NCBI GenBank assembly: GCA_965232515.1
Contig: CBDDPY010000002.1
Location: forward strand, 2,240,001 to 2,304,000
DNA: 64,000 nt
DNA from: Alphaproteobacteria bacterium
Lineage (GTDB): Bacteria > Pseudomonadota > Alphaproteobacteria > GCA-2731375
Direction of reading: 5' to 3'
Shown: in pieces, positions 40,327 to 50,484 of the stretch
Layout of the letters: each line of letters starts with the position of its first letter
Numbering within the stretch: the first letter of the stretch is position 1
Translations under genes and position numbers: made by a program
The notes under the pieces: model-generated
Seen by the model: only the letters and a program-made list of their open reading frames with translations
What the model was told of the DNA's origin: nothing
The model's database searches: none

Positions 40327-41523
40327 TCAGAGCCCAAGCACCATTTTGGCGATGATGTTCCGCTGAATCTCGTTCGAACCGCCATAGATCGTCGCCGCCC
40401 GGCTGAACAGATAATCGGGCATCTGCGCCGCCGCGTGCGCCGGGCCGATCGGCTCCTCGTTCCAACCCTCGGCCAGGCGCGCCAGATCGTAGGGCGCGGC
40501 GTAATAGCCCAGCGCTTCGACACAGAGCTCGGTGATCTGTTGGCGAATTTCCGAGCCGCGGATCTTCAGCATCGAGGCCTCGGGCCCAATCGGCTTGCCG
40601 GCCGCCTCGTCGGCGAGCTGTCGCAGACTGGTATATTCCAGCGCCGTGAGCTGGATCTCCGTCGCGGCGATCTTTTCGAGAAAGCTGTTGTCCTCGATCA
40701 GCGCGCGGCCGTCCGCGGTCTCGCCGCGGGCCACTTCCTTCAACCGCCGCAGGCGCTGCTTCGAGGGGCCGACCTCGGCGATGTCGGTGCGTTCGAAACC
40801 GAGCAGGAACTTGGCATAGGTCCAGCCCTTGCCCGCCTCGCCGATCAGGGTCTCGACCGGCACGCGCACGTCGGTGAAGAACACCATGTTGACGTGATGG
40901 CTGCCGTCGATGGTGATGATCGGCTGGACCTCGATGCCGGGCGTCGTCATGTCGGCGAGCAGGAACGAGATGCCCTCCTGCTGTTTGCCCGAATTGTCGG
41001 TCCGCACCAGGCAGAAGATCCAGTCGGCCCAATGCGCCAGCGTGGTCCAGGTCTTGGTCCCGTTCAGCACGTAGTGATCGCCGTCGCGCACGGCCGAGAT
41101 CTGCAGCGAGGCCAGGTCCGAGCCGGAGTTGGGCTCGGAGTAGCCCTGGCACCACCAGTCGTCGCTCGCCAGGATGCGCGGCAGGAAGCGTTCCTTCTGT
41201 TCGGGCGTGCCGAAGGTGTAGATCACCGGCCCGACCATCTTCAGCCCGAAGGGCGAGATCGGCGGCGCGTCACCGGCCGCCAGTTCCTCCTCGAAGATGT
41301 AGCGCTGCGTCGCGCTCCAGCCCGTGCCGCCATGTTCGACCGGCCAATGCGGCGCGACCCAGCCCTTGTCATGGAGCGTCTTCTGCCAGTCGACGAAATC
41401 GTGCTTTTCCAGCGGCAGGCCGGCGCGCATTTTCGCGGCCGTGGCCGGCGCTACCGATTCGCGGATGAACCGCCTGACCTCGTCACGAAAGGCGAGATCG
41501 TCGGCGCTGAACGATAGATCCAT
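40327..41523 (-). CDS. Acyl-CoA dehydrogenase, second PimC-like paralog
   Basis: WWCQGYSEPNSGSDLASL, IYGGSNEIQ, and the same C-terminus AKMVLGL. Confidence 0.9.
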   Translation of the reverse strand: MDLSFSADDLAFRDEVRRFIRESVAPATAAKMRAGLPLEKHDFVDWQKTLHDKGWVAPHWPVEHGGTGWSATQRYIFEEELAAGDAPPISPFGLKMVGPVIYTFGTPEQKERFLPRILASDDWWCQGYSEPNSGSDLASLQISAVRDGDHYVLNGTKTWTTLAHWADWIFCLVRTDNSGKQQEGISFLLADMTTPGIEVQPIITIDGSHHVNMVFFTDVRVPVETLIGEAGKGWTYAKFLLGFERTDIAEVGPSKQRLRRLKEVARGETADGRALIEDNSFLEKIAATEIQLTALEYTSLRQLADEAAGKPIGPEASMLKIRGSEIRQQITELCVEALGYYAAPYDLARLAEGWNEEPIGPAHAAAQMPDYLFSRAATIYGGSNEIQRNIIAKMVLGL

Positions 41524-41605
41524 GGCAGGAAATTCCCCGTAAAAAGCCAAAGAAGGCGATGGACACGGCCGGGACAAATATTGTCACACAAACCAACTAC
41601 CGTTG

Positions 41606-41646
41606 TTAACGCCCCGTTAACCGCCCGCCGCTTAATCAAGGTTAAC
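41606..41646. promoter_or_regulatory. CtrA-type binding site(s)
   Basis: TTAA-N7-TTAAC at 41606-41621 and a TTAA-N6-TTAAC variant at 41632-41646. Confidence 0.6.
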
Positions 41647-41705
41647 GCGATATCCGGGACGTGAGCGGCCGGAAATTCTTTCGGCCCGCAACAGGAGGGA
41701 AGCTG

Positions 41706-41918
41706 ATGCTGAGCCCGTACCTGAAGCGTCCGCTGCGCAGCCTGCAGCAGGCGCTCGACGACCGGCGTCGCAACGAGAAGCCAGATAGTGGGGGGCTGGC
41801 CGTCGTCGACGCCGACCCTTTTGTAACCCTGGACGGACGGTTCCTGTCCGCCCGCGATTTCTTCGGCAAAAACGCCGAAGACTCGACCAGCGTAACCAAA
41901 CTGCGACGCCGCGGCTGA
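41706..41918 (+). CDS. 70-aa hypothetical protein
   Basis: Strong RBS AGGAGGG before ATG 41706. Downstream of the CtrA-type box. Confidence 0.6.
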   Translation: MLSPYLKRPLRSLQQALDDRRRNEKPDSGGLAVVDADPFVTLDGRFLSARDFFGKNAEDSTSVTKLRRRG

Positions 41919-41960
41919 TGATCAGCCGCGGCCGCAGGCCCGTACCCAGACCTCTCCGAG

Positions 41961-43067
41961 CTAGCTGTCCGATTGAGCCCGTTCCGGGTAGAGCGACAGC
42001 AGGCCGTCTGCGCTCGCCGGACAGACGCCGCGCTCCGTCACCAGACCGGTGACCAGGCGTGCCGGCGTGACGTCAAAGGCATAATTCGCCGCCGGCGCCG
42101 CATCCGGCGTCACCGAGACCTCGACAACCTCGCCATCGGCCGTCCGGCCGCGCAACCGCGTGACCTCGGCGGCATCCCGTTGCTCGATCGGGATCTCGGT
42201 GCGGCCGTCGCGCACGGTCCAGTCGATGGTGCTGTGGGGCAGCGCGACATAGAACGGCACGCCGTTGTCGTGCGCCGCCAGCGCCTTCAGATAGGTGCCG
42301 ATCTTGTTGCAGACATCGCCGGTCGAGGTCGTGCGATCGGTGCCGATCATGCAGAGATCGACCTCGCCATGCTGCATCAGATGACCGCCGGCATTATCAA
42401 CGATCACCGTGTGCGGGACACCGTGGCTGCCGAGCTCCCAGGCGGTCAGCGCCGCGCCCTGGTTGCGCGGCCGGGTCTCGTCGACCCAGACATGCACCGG
42501 CACGCCGTCGTCGTGCGCCATGTAGATGGACGCCAGCGCCGTGCCCCAGTCGACCGTCGCCAGCCAGCCGGCATTGCAATGGGTCAGCACATTGACCGGC
42601 CGGTCGCGGCCGGCCCGCTCCCACGCCTCGCGGATCAGTGGCGCGCCGTGGGTGCCGATCGCGTGGCACGTGGCGACGTCGTCGTCGCAAATCTCGGCGG
42701 CCCGGGCATAGGCGGTGGCCAGCCGTTCGCCGTGCGGGCGGTTGCGCAGGGCGTCGCGCATCTCGTCCAACGCCCAGCGCAGATTGACCGCGGTCGGCCG
42801 GGTGGCCAGCAACTGCGCATGCGCACGGTCGACGGCCGTGTCGCTGGTGTCCGCCCGCAGCGCCAGACAGATCCCATAGGCCGCCGTCGCGCCGATCAGC
42901 GGCGCCCCGCGCACGACCATGTCGCGGATCGCCACAGCGGCGTCATCGACGGTGGTCAACTGCTTCACGCCGAACTCGAACGGCAACAGCGTCTGGTCGA
43001 TCACCGACACCGACCAGCCGTCCTCGTTCAGCCAGATGCTGCGGTAGTGGGTGCCGTCAATGTTCAT
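41961..43067 (-). CDS. mtnA: S-methyl-5-thioribose-1-phosphate isomerase
   Basis: [42 protein letters not shown]. Confidence 0.95.
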   Translation of the reverse strand: MNIDGTHYRSIWLNEDGWSVSVIDQTLLPFEFGVKQLTTVDDAAVAIRDMVVRGAPLIGATAAYGICLALRADTSDTAVDRAHAQLLATRPTAVNLRWALDEMRDALRNRPHGERLATAYARAAEICDDDVATCHAIGTHGAPLIREAWERAGRDRPVNVLTHCNAGWLATVDWGTALASIYMAHDDGVPVHVWVDETRPRNQGAALTAWELGSHGVPHTVIVDNAGGHLMQHGEVDLCMIGTDRTTSTGDVCNKIGTYLKALAAHDNGVPFYVALPHSTIDWTVRDGRTEIPIEQRDAAEVTRLRGRTADGEVVEVSVTPDAAPAANYAFDVTPARLVTGLVTERGVCPASADGLLSLYPERAQSDS

Positions 43068-43081
43068 GGGCGAACACCTTG

Positions 43082-43828
43082 CTAACCAACGTAGAGACCA
43101 CCGTTCACGTCCAGGATGGCGCCGGAGAAATAGCTGGCCCCCGGCGAGCACAGGAACGCGATCGGCCAGGCAATCTCGTCCGGCCGGCCCATGCGGCGCA
43201 AGGGGTACTTTTCGGCGTCGTAAGGCGTCGACTGGGTCATCTCCGTCGTCACCGGCCCCGGCGCGACCCCGTTCACCAGCACGCCCTTGGGCGCCGCCCG
43301 CTTGGCCAGCCAATAGACCAGCGCATGCACGCCGCCTTTGGACGCCACATAGTGCGGCTGCACGATCGGCGAAATGCCGCCCATGCGGCCACCGATCGAA
43401 CCGACGAGCACGATCCGGCCGTCGCCGGCCTCGGCCATGCGGGGCAGCCAGGCGCGGGCTACATTCAGACAGCCAAGCACGTTCACGTCCATCACCCGAT
43501 GGAATACGTCGTCCCAGTTATCGGTTTCGAGCCAGTCTTCCTCGAGCGGGCAGATTCCGGCGAGCGCGACGGCCGCATCAATCGGGCCGCAGCTTTCTGC
43601 CAGCGCTTCGACCGCGCGTCGGTCGGCGATGTCCATTTGGTGGCTCGACAGCTTGACGCCGTCTGCCTGCAGTTCCTTGGCGAGGTCGTCGAATTCAACG
43701 ACGTCGGTCAGCACGAGTTCGGCGCCCAGCGCCGCGCAAGCGTGCGCCGTGGCGCGGCCGATGCCGCCGCCGGCACCGGTGATGACGACGCGCTTACCGC
43801 TGAGATCGATGGCAGATGATATTGGCAT
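43082..43828 (-). CDS. Short-chain dehydrogenase/reductase
   Basis: [19 protein letters not shown]. Confidence 0.92.
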   Translation of the reverse strand: MPISSAIDLSGKRVVITGAGGGIGRATAHACAALGAELVLTDVVEFDDLAKELQADGVKLSSHQMDIADRRAVEALAESCGPIDAAVALAGICPLEEDWLETDNWDDVFHRVMDVNVLGCLNVARAWLPRMAEAGDGRIVLVGSIGGRMGGISPIVQPHYVASKGGVHALVYWLAKRAAPKGVLVNGVAPGPVTTEMTQSTPYDAEKYPLRRMGRPDEIAWPIAFLCSPGASYFSGAILDVNGGLYVG

Positions 43829-43884
43829 GGCTCCTCCCGTCGGCGGATGCTACCGCCTGACGGGGGAGGAAACCAAGCTCTGCG

Positions 43885-44391
43885 CTATGCGGCGAAGCTG
43901 GGCGCCTGTTCGAAGCGCCAGCCGAAGGTGCCGCAGGCATAGGCGCTGTCGGGATCGTTGTCGCCGCGCACCGGCAGGAAGACCGAGCGATAAAGAATGC
44001 CGACCCCGGGGCAGGTCTCGAAGCGGCCGTCGACCTCAACCGGCACGGCCTTGCGTTGAGCATCGGCCCAGGCATGGCAAAGCTTGCGGCTGACGGCTGT
44101 CGGCAGGGCCTGCAGCAGGGTCTTTCCCAGAAGATCGACGCTGCAAGCCGCCTGAACAGCCTCGCCACAGAGCACGATGATCGACTTCTCCAGGCGCTGC
44201 TCGGTCCGGACCAGGATGAACCTGTCGCGGAAATCATGATCGGCCGCGAGGTCCAGATCGCGCAGCACAGGGGTCTTGCCCTGCTGGCGGGACTGTTCCC
44301 AGTGGCTGAGGATTTGGCGGGTCGACCGGCGTTCGCCGCTGCTGCTGGCCGGCCTGATCGGATCGGCACCGAGTTCGGTGTGCTGGAACAT
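43885..44391 (-). CDS. Stand-alone PAS-domain protein (PAS_5-like)
   Basis: ERRST..LSHW..P..DL and LYRSVFLPV. ATG 44391 with an AAGGAG RBS upstream. Confidence 0.7.
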   Translation of the reverse strand: MFQHTELGADPIRPASSSGERRSTRQILSHWEQSRQQGKTPVLRDLDLAADHDFRDRFILVRTEQRLEKSIIVLCGEAVQAACSVDLLGKTLLQALPTAVSRKLCHAWADAQRKAVPVEVDGRFETCPGVGILYRSVFLPVRGDNDPDSAYACGTFGWRFEQAPSFAA

Positions 44392-44661
44392 GGGATTGGT
44401 ACTCCTTAAGCGCAACTTGGTCTCGGCCGGCGACCTCGGCCTTGGGCGTTTTCCACCGGTGTACGCGTGGCAAACGCCATGCCAATCCGGACGGCGCGAA
44501 TTCTGTCGGGAAATCCCTGGATTTTTGGTAAACGAGAGCACCGATGGCGCACCGGTTCGGGCCGAGGCGGTCAAATTTGCCGCCCCGGCGGCAGTTCGCG
44601 CCGGTCTTGACCGGACCTGACGCCACGGCAGGGGTCGCGACAATCAGAGGCGGAGCTGGCC

Positions 44662-45741
44662 GTGACAGCGCCCGATGTGACGGTGATTGGTGCAGGCATC
44701 GTCGGTGCGGCGATCGCCCATTTTCTCAGCCGGACCGATGCCCGGGTGCGGTTGATCGATGCGCGGCCGACACCCGGGCGCGGTGTGACGGGCCAGTCAT
44801 TCGGCTGGGTCAACTACGTCACGGCCGAGCCCACGGCATCCGCCGAGATGTACCGGCACCGGCGGGCAGCCTTTGACCACTACGAGCGCCTCAACCAGAG
44901 CCTGAAAGCGCGCCTGTTCGGCCCGCGGCAGGGCTCCCTGGTATGGACGTCATCCGCTCAAGAAACAGAGCGCATGGTCGAGCGGCATACGGCCCAGGGC
45001 AGCCCGACCCGGCTCGTCGACCGAAACGAATTTGCCAAGCTGGCGCCCATGGTGGCGGCGTCCCCCGAACGGGCGGCCTATTCGCCGGACGACTTCGCTC
45101 TGGACCCGGATGAGGCCAGTGAACTGCTCGTGCGAAGCGCCAGGGAAAACGGAATTGAGGTCATCCTGGGCCAGGCGGTCGATGGCGTTCAAATTGAGGC
45201 AGGTTGTGTCGCTGGCGTTCGTCTTGCGGGCGATCTGCTTTCGACCGATATGGTCGTGGTCGCCGCGGGCACGGGCAGTCATCGGCTTCTGTCGGACGTC
45301 CAGCCATCGCTTGGGATCACAGACTCGCCCGCCGCCCTGATCACAATCGCGGCCGACACCGCGCCGTTGGGCAGAATCTTAAGCGGGCCGGAACTGGAGA
45401 TCCGATCGCGCGGCGACAATCAACTCCTGGTCGCCAGCGGCCCGCCCGACGACCCGAATGAGACGGGCAGAATCGCGCTGGGCGAGCGAACGCTTACCAG
45501 CGTCAACCGCATACTGCCAAGCGTCGCGAACGCCTCGGTTCGTTCGGTCGAGATCGGCCGGCGGCCAGCGACAACCGACGATCGACCGCTGGTCGGCCGG
45601 TTGGCCGCCGTTCCGAGCCTCTTCGTTGCCGTCGCGCATCCCGGCGTTATCCTGGCGCCCGCCATCGGCCGGACCATCGCCGAGCAGGTCTTCGACCGAC
45701 CCGTCTCGACGGAACTGGGCGACAACATTATCGGGCCGTGA
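44662..45741 (+). CDS. FAD-dependent oxidoreductase (DAO family)
   Basis: IGAGIVG, SFGW, VVVAAG, RP..D.RP.VG, HPGVILAP. Confidence 0.88.
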   Translation: MTAPDVTVIGAGIVGAAIAHFLSRTDARVRLIDARPTPGRGVTGQSFGWVNYVTAEPTASAEMYRHRRAAFDHYERLNQSLKARLFGPRQGSLVWTSSAQETERMVERHTAQGSPTRLVDRNEFAKLAPMVAASPERAAYSPDDFALDPDEASELLVRSARENGIEVILGQAVDGVQIEAGCVAGVRLAGDLLSTDMVVVAAGTGSHRLLSDVQPSLGITDSPAALITIAADTAPLGRILSGPELEIRSRGDNQLLVASGPPDDPNETGRIALGERTLTSVNRILPSVANASVRSVEIGRRPATTDDRPLVGRLAAVPSLFVAVAHPGVILAPAIGRTIAEQVFDRPVSTELGDNIIGP

Positions 45742-45805
45742 TGCCTCCGACGGAGACGAAAACGGTCACGGTCGCAGCCGGCCCATCCGATCTAGGATTA
45801 GGAGC

Positions 45806-46987
45806 ATGACCAGCAAACGACGCATGATTCTGGCAATCGCCGTAATCGGGCCCTGCCTCCTCGGCATGGCGACGACCGGCGCCGCCGAACAGTCCGCCAA
45901 GGAAACCGAGCGGCGAATCCTGCAAGTCGGCCCGAACCGGGCGCTGACCTCGCCGGCGCAGGCCGCGATCAAGGCCCGCGACGGCGATATCATCGAGATC
46001 GACGCGGCGGAATATCTCGGCGACGTCGCGGTCTGGCGGGCCGACAACCTGACCATCCGGGGCGTCGGCGGCCGGCCGCTGCTGGACGCCCGCGGGCGTT
46101 CGGCCCAGGGCAAGGCGATCTGGGTCACGAACGGCGCCGACATCACCGTCGAGAATCTAGAATTCGCCAACGCCAAGGTGCCTGACCGCAACGGCGCCGG
46201 CATCCGCGCACAGGGCAAGAATCTGACCGTGCGCAATGTCGTCTTCCGCGACAACGAGGACGGCATTCTGGCGGTCGGGCGCGAGGACAGCACCATCGTC
46301 ATCGAGCATTCCGAGTTCGCCCGCAACGGCTTCGGCGACGGGGCATCGCACGGCCTCTACATCAACCGGATCAAGCGTCTGGTGTTCCGCTACAACTTCG
46401 CGCACCACGCCAAGGTCGGCCATCAGCTGAAGACCCGCGCGCGCGAGAACGTCATCGTCGGCAACCTGTTCATGGACGGCGAGAGCGGCAATTCCAGCTA
46501 TGCCATCGACATGCCGAACGCCCGCGTCGCCTACGTGCTCGGCAACGTGCTGCAGCAGAGCAACGCGGCGATGAACAACGCGCTGATTTACGTTGGCGGC
46601 AAGGCGGGTGGCCAAAACCCGCGCGTCTTTATCGCCAACAACACGGTGATCAACGACCGGGAGCGCGGCGGCGTGTTCGTCCTGAACAACAGTCCGATCA
46701 CGGTGGGCGTGCACAACAACCTGCTGATCGGCAAGCTGCGCATCGTCAGGGGCAAGGCCATCGAGTCGCATAACCTGAAGGGCGACCGGGAATTCTTTGT
46801 CGATGCCGGCAACCTGGACTTCCGGCTGCGCGCCGGCGCGGCGGCCATCGACGCCGGCCTCGATCTGGGCATGGACGGACGGATCGCGCTGGCGCCGGAC
46901 GGCGAGTACCGGCACCGGGCGGAACGCCGTGACCGGCCGAAGTCTGGACCGATCGATATCGGCGCCTACGAGTTCACCGCAAATTGA
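45806..46987 (+). CDS. Secreted right-handed beta-helix protein
   Basis: Signal peptide, Asn-ladder repeats, NGAGIR, HGLY, KTRA, and a C-terminal AIDAG..DIGAYEF motif. Confidence 0.82.
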   Translation: MTSKRRMILAIAVIGPCLLGMATTGAAEQSAKETERRILQVGPNRALTSPAQAAIKARDGDIIEIDAAEYLGDVAVWRADNLTIRGVGGRPLLDARGRSAQGKAIWVTNGADITVENLEFANAKVPDRNGAGIRAQGKNLTVRNVVFRDNEDGILAVGREDSTIVIEHSEFARNGFGDGASHGLYINRIKRLVFRYNFAHHAKVGHQLKTRARENVIVGNLFMDGESGNSSYAIDMPNARVAYVLGNVLQQSNAAMNNALIYVGGKAGGQNPRVFIANNTVINDRERGGVFVLNNSPITVGVHNNLLIGKLRIVRGKAIESHNLKGDREFFVDAGNLDFRLRAGAAAIDAGLDLGMDGRIALAPDGEYRHRAERRDRPKSGPIDIGAYEFTAN

Positions 46988-47087
46988 TCGGCGGATCCGG
47001 CGGAATTCAGCCGAATCCGACGCCCCGTTCGTTGTCAAGCATTCATTAATCTTGCTTATTGTATGCTAGACAACTAATTCTGGTGCC

Positions 47088-47594
47088 ATGCTGAAACCGC
47101 GAACAGACGAGCCCGAGCGCCGCGAAAGCGCGGAGCGCAACATCGGCTTTCTGCTGAATGACGCCGCGCGGCTGATGCGGGTGAACTACGATCGTCGCAT
47201 GGCCGAGCTCGGCCTGACCCGTTCGCAGTGGTGGGTGCTGACGCATCTTTATTTCAACGAGGGCATCACCCAGACCGAGCTGTCGAGCCTGCTGGATATC
47301 GAGCGCGCCTCGCTCGGCCGCCTGCTCGACCGTCTGGAGCAGAAAGGCTGGGTCGAACGCCGTCCCGACGACAGCGACCGGCGGATCAAGCGCGTGTTCC
47401 TGACCGGCGAGGTCGAGCCGCTGATGCAGACCATGCGCGCGGTCGCCGCCGAGACCCGGGCCGACTCGCTCTCGGGCCTGTCGCCGGCGGATCAGGAACA
47501 GATGATCGAGTTCCTGTTGAAGATCAAACACAACCTGTTGCGCATCAACGGCGAGAACGGCCGGCACCTGAAAATCGCGGGAGACGACGCATGA
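47088..47594 (+). CDS. MarR-family regulator
   Basis: GLTRSQWWVL, LLDRLEQKGWVER, DRR. Confidence 0.92.
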   Translation: MLKPRTDEPERRESAERNIGFLLNDAARLMRVNYDRRMAELGLTRSQWWVLTHLYFNEGITQTELSSLLDIERASLGRLLDRLEQKGWVERRPDDSDRRIKRVFLTGEVEPLMQTMRAVAAETRADSLSGLSPADQEQMIEFLLKIKHNLLRINGENGRHLKIAGDDA

Positions 47595-48829
47595 GCCAGC
47601 CGGCGCGACGCGAAAATCCCGACAACAGGCCGAAGATCGAGCCGGTCGAGGACACGCCGGTCGAGCAGACGCCGTCCGACCCGGTCGTCACCGAGCTGAC
47701 GCCGGCGCCGCGCCGGCGGGGCCGCGCCATCCTGCGCGGCGCGCTGCGCTTCAAGCTGATGATCCTGCTGCCGCTGGCGGCGCTGATCTACGGCGCGATC
47801 TACTGGGGCCAGAGCACGCGCTACATCACCACCGAGAACGCCTATGTGAAGAGCCACGTCGTCGCCATCAGCGCCGATGTCGATGGCCGGGTGATCGAGG
47901 TCAACGTGAGGGAGAACGACCGCGTCAATGCCGCCCAAGTGCTGTTCCGGCTGGACCCGCGGCCGTTCGAGATCGAGGTCCAGGGCGTGCGCGCCAGGCT
48001 GGACGCGGTCGTGTCCGAAATCAGCGCGATGCGCGCCGAATATCTGAGCGGCCGGCAGGAGACCGGCCAGATGCAGGAAATGGTGCGCTACATGCAGAAC
48101 GAGTTCGACCGGCAGGAGCGGTTGACGGCGCGCGGCGTATCGACGGCCGTGAAGCGCGACGAAGCCGAGCACGAACTGGAGATGGCCCGCCGCGAACTCG
48201 CCACCAAGCAGCAGGAAAACCAGACCGTACTGGCCAAGCTCGGCGGCAACGCCAACATCCCGGCCGAGCAGCATCCGAACTACTTGAGCGTGCTGGCCGA
48301 GCTCGACCGGGCGCAGCTCGATTTCGACCGCACGCAGATCGTGGCGCCGGCCGACGGCGTGGTCAGCAACATCAGCCTGCGGCTCGGCGAATATGTCGAG
48401 GAAGGCGAGCCGGTGTTCTCGCTGATCCAGAGCAGCGAAACCTGGATCGAGGCTAATCTGAAAGAGACCCAGCTGACGCACCTGCATGTGGGTCAGAAGG
48501 CGACGCTGGTGGCCGACGCCTATCCCGCCCTGACCTTCAACGCGACGGTCGAGAGCATCAGTCCGGCGACCGGCGCGGAGTTCGCCCTGCTGCCGCCGCA
48601 GAACGCCACCGGCAACTGGGTCAAGGTGGTGCAGCGCCTGCCGGTGCGGCTCGCCATCGAGGAGAACCCGGACCTGCCGCCGCTGCGCGCCGGCATGACG
48701 GTGACCGTCAGCATCGACAGCGAACGCGACCGCAGCGTGCGCACGCTGGTCGAGGAAGCGATTGCGCTGGTCGGCCTCGACGGCGTGGTGCCGGCAGGCT
48801 GGCTTGCCTACCTGCCCAACGGACACTGA
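47591..48829 (+). CDS. HlyD/EmrA-type membrane fusion protein
   Basis: TENAYV, IEANLKETQL, FALLPPQNATGNWVKVVQRLPV. ATGA overlap with marR. Confidence 0.9.
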   Translation: MSQPARRENPDNRPKIEPVEDTPVEQTPSDPVVTELTPAPRRRGRAILRGALRFKLMILLPLAALIYGAIYWGQSTRYITTENAYVKSHVVAISADVDGRVIEVNVRENDRVNAAQVLFRLDPRPFEIEVQGVRARLDAVVSEISAMRAEYLSGRQETGQMQEMVRYMQNEFDRQERLTARGVSTAVKRDEAEHELEMARRELATKQQENQTVLAKLGGNANIPAEQHPNYLSVLAELDRAQLDFDRTQIVAPADGVVSNISLRLGEYVEEGEPVFSLIQSSETWIEANLKETQLTHLHVGQKATLVADAYPALTFNATVESISPATGAEFALLPPQNATGNWVKVVQRLPVRLAIEENPDLPPLRAGMTVTVSIDSERDRSVRTLVEEAIALVGLDGVVPAGWLAYLPNGH

Positions 48830-48954
48830 ACGTCCCGTCGTTGTGATTGAAATCACCGCGCCAGCAACGGCCGGCTTGTAAAGTCGGCGGCGTTTCCGCA
48901 CCCTGTCATCGGGAGACACGGCGACGACAACGCCGGCACGCTGGGAGGATGTCG

Positions 48955-50007
48955 ATGATCTTTCGGCAATTGTTCGACAGTGTCTCCAGCACCTACACGT
49001 ATCTCATCGCCAGCCGCCGCGGCGGCGAGGCGCTGATCATCGATCCGGTGCTGGAGAAGGTGGATCGGTATCTCCGGCTGATGGACGAGCTCGACCTGAA
49101 GCTGGTGAAGGCGATCGACACGCACGTGCACGCCGACCACATCACCGGCCTTGGCGCGCTGCGCGACCGCACCAAGTGCATCACCGTGATGGGCGAGCAG
49201 AGCGGCGTCGACGTGGTCTCGATGCGCGTCGGCGATGGGGACCGGATCGAGATCGAGGGCGTCTGCCTGGACACGATCTATACGCCCGGCCACACGGACG
49301 ATTCCTATTCCTTCCTGATGGGCGACCGCGTGTTCACCGGCGACACGCTGCTGATCCGCGGCACCGGACGCACCGACTTCCAAAACGGCAGCGCCCGCGA
49401 CCAGTACGAGTCGATCTTCGGCAGACTGCTGACGCTGCCGGACGAGACGCTGGTCTATCCGGCGCACGACTATAAGGGCGACATGGTCAGCACCATCGCC
49501 GAGGAACGCGCCTGCAACCCGCGCCTGCAGGTGGACTCGGTCGATCAGTATGTTGAGATCATGGCCAGCCTGAACCTCGCCAACCCGAAGATGATGGACG
49601 TCGCCGTGCCGGCGAACCTGAAGGTTGGCCTGTCGCAGGACGAGATCGAGGCGCGCGGCTGGTCGCTCACCTGCGATGCCGCCAAGACGCTGGTCGGCGC
49701 CCAGGACGCCATCATCGTCGACCTGCGCGACCGGGCCGAGCGCGAGCGGCACGGCGAGATCCCGGGCTCCGTGCACGCCCCCTACCCCGACCTCGACGAG
49801 AACGTCGAGCCCGGCGGCCTGCTGCACGAACTGGCGACGGCGACCGGCAAACGCCTCGTGTTCTACTGCGCCTTCGGCGAGCGTTCGGCCATGGCCGTGG
49901 AGGCCGCCCAGACCGCCGGCCTGAGCAACGCCTGCCACATCAAGGGCGGCATCGACGCCTGGAAAAAGATCGGCGGGCCGTTGTCGGGGGAGACCGGAAC
50001 GGACTGA
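48955..50007 (+). CDS. Persulfide dioxygenase (ETHE1-like MBL fold)-rhodanese fusion
   Basis: IFRQLFD..SSTYTY, THVHADH, TPGHT, GRTDF, PAHDY, then a rhodanese domain with YCAFGERS. Confidence 0.88.
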   Translation: MIFRQLFDSVSSTYTYLIASRRGGEALIIDPVLEKVDRYLRLMDELDLKLVKAIDTHVHADHITGLGALRDRTKCITVMGEQSGVDVVSMRVGDGDRIEIEGVCLDTIYTPGHTDDSYSFLMGDRVFTGDTLLIRGTGRTDFQNGSARDQYESIFGRLLTLPDETLVYPAHDYKGDMVSTIAEERACNPRLQVDSVDQYVEIMASLNLANPKMMDVAVPANLKVGLSQDEIEARGWSLTCDAAKTLVGAQDAIIVDLRDRAERERHGEIPGSVHAPYPDLDENVEPGGLLHELATATGKRLVFYCAFGERSAMAVEAAQTAGLSNACHIKGGIDAWKKIGGPLSGETGTD

Positions 50008-50016
50008 CGGCGGCGG

Positions 50017-50481
50017 CTACCAGTAGCGGCCCATGACTTCCTTGGCCCAGGCGGGTTCGCGGACATCGCCGCGCGGGGCGAAGCCGGAGATGTAGGGTTT
50101 GATGTCGAGGACGGGCGTGTCGTCGATGGCATCCAACCCCTCGACCACGACCGACAGGCCGTCGATGGCGACCAGGTTGCAGACCGTGACGCCGAGGCGG
50201 TTCGGCCGGTTGCGGCCGCGCTGGGCATAGATGCCGACATCCGGCAGGTCGGCGCGGTCGCGCGGGTGCCGACTGCCCTCGACCACGGTGCCGAGCGGCA
50301 CGCGGTGGAACTGATAGATCACCTCGATATGGCTGAACTCCTCGAGCCCGACCAGCGCCCGGGGCCGGACCTTGGCGCGGTCCAGCTCGATCACGGCGCG
50401 GACGCTGCCCCAATTGTCCCGGATCGGCTCGCTGCGTCCCCCGCGCACGACGCCGATCACATCCAGTTCCAGTTTCGTCAT
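50017..50481 (-). CDS. TsaA/TrmO-like SAM-binding beta-barrel protein
   Basis: GLEEFSH, RPNRLG, GLDAIDDTPVLDIKPY. Confidence 0.85.
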   Translation of the reverse strand: MTKLELDVIGVVRGGRSEPIRDNWGSVRAVIELDRAKVRPRALVGLEEFSHIEVIYQFHRVPLGTVVEGSRHPRDRADLPDVGIYAQRGRNRPNRLGVTVCNLVAIDGLSVVVEGLDAIDDTPVLDIKPYISGFAPRGDVREPAWAKEVMGRYW

Positions 50482-50484
50482 ATG

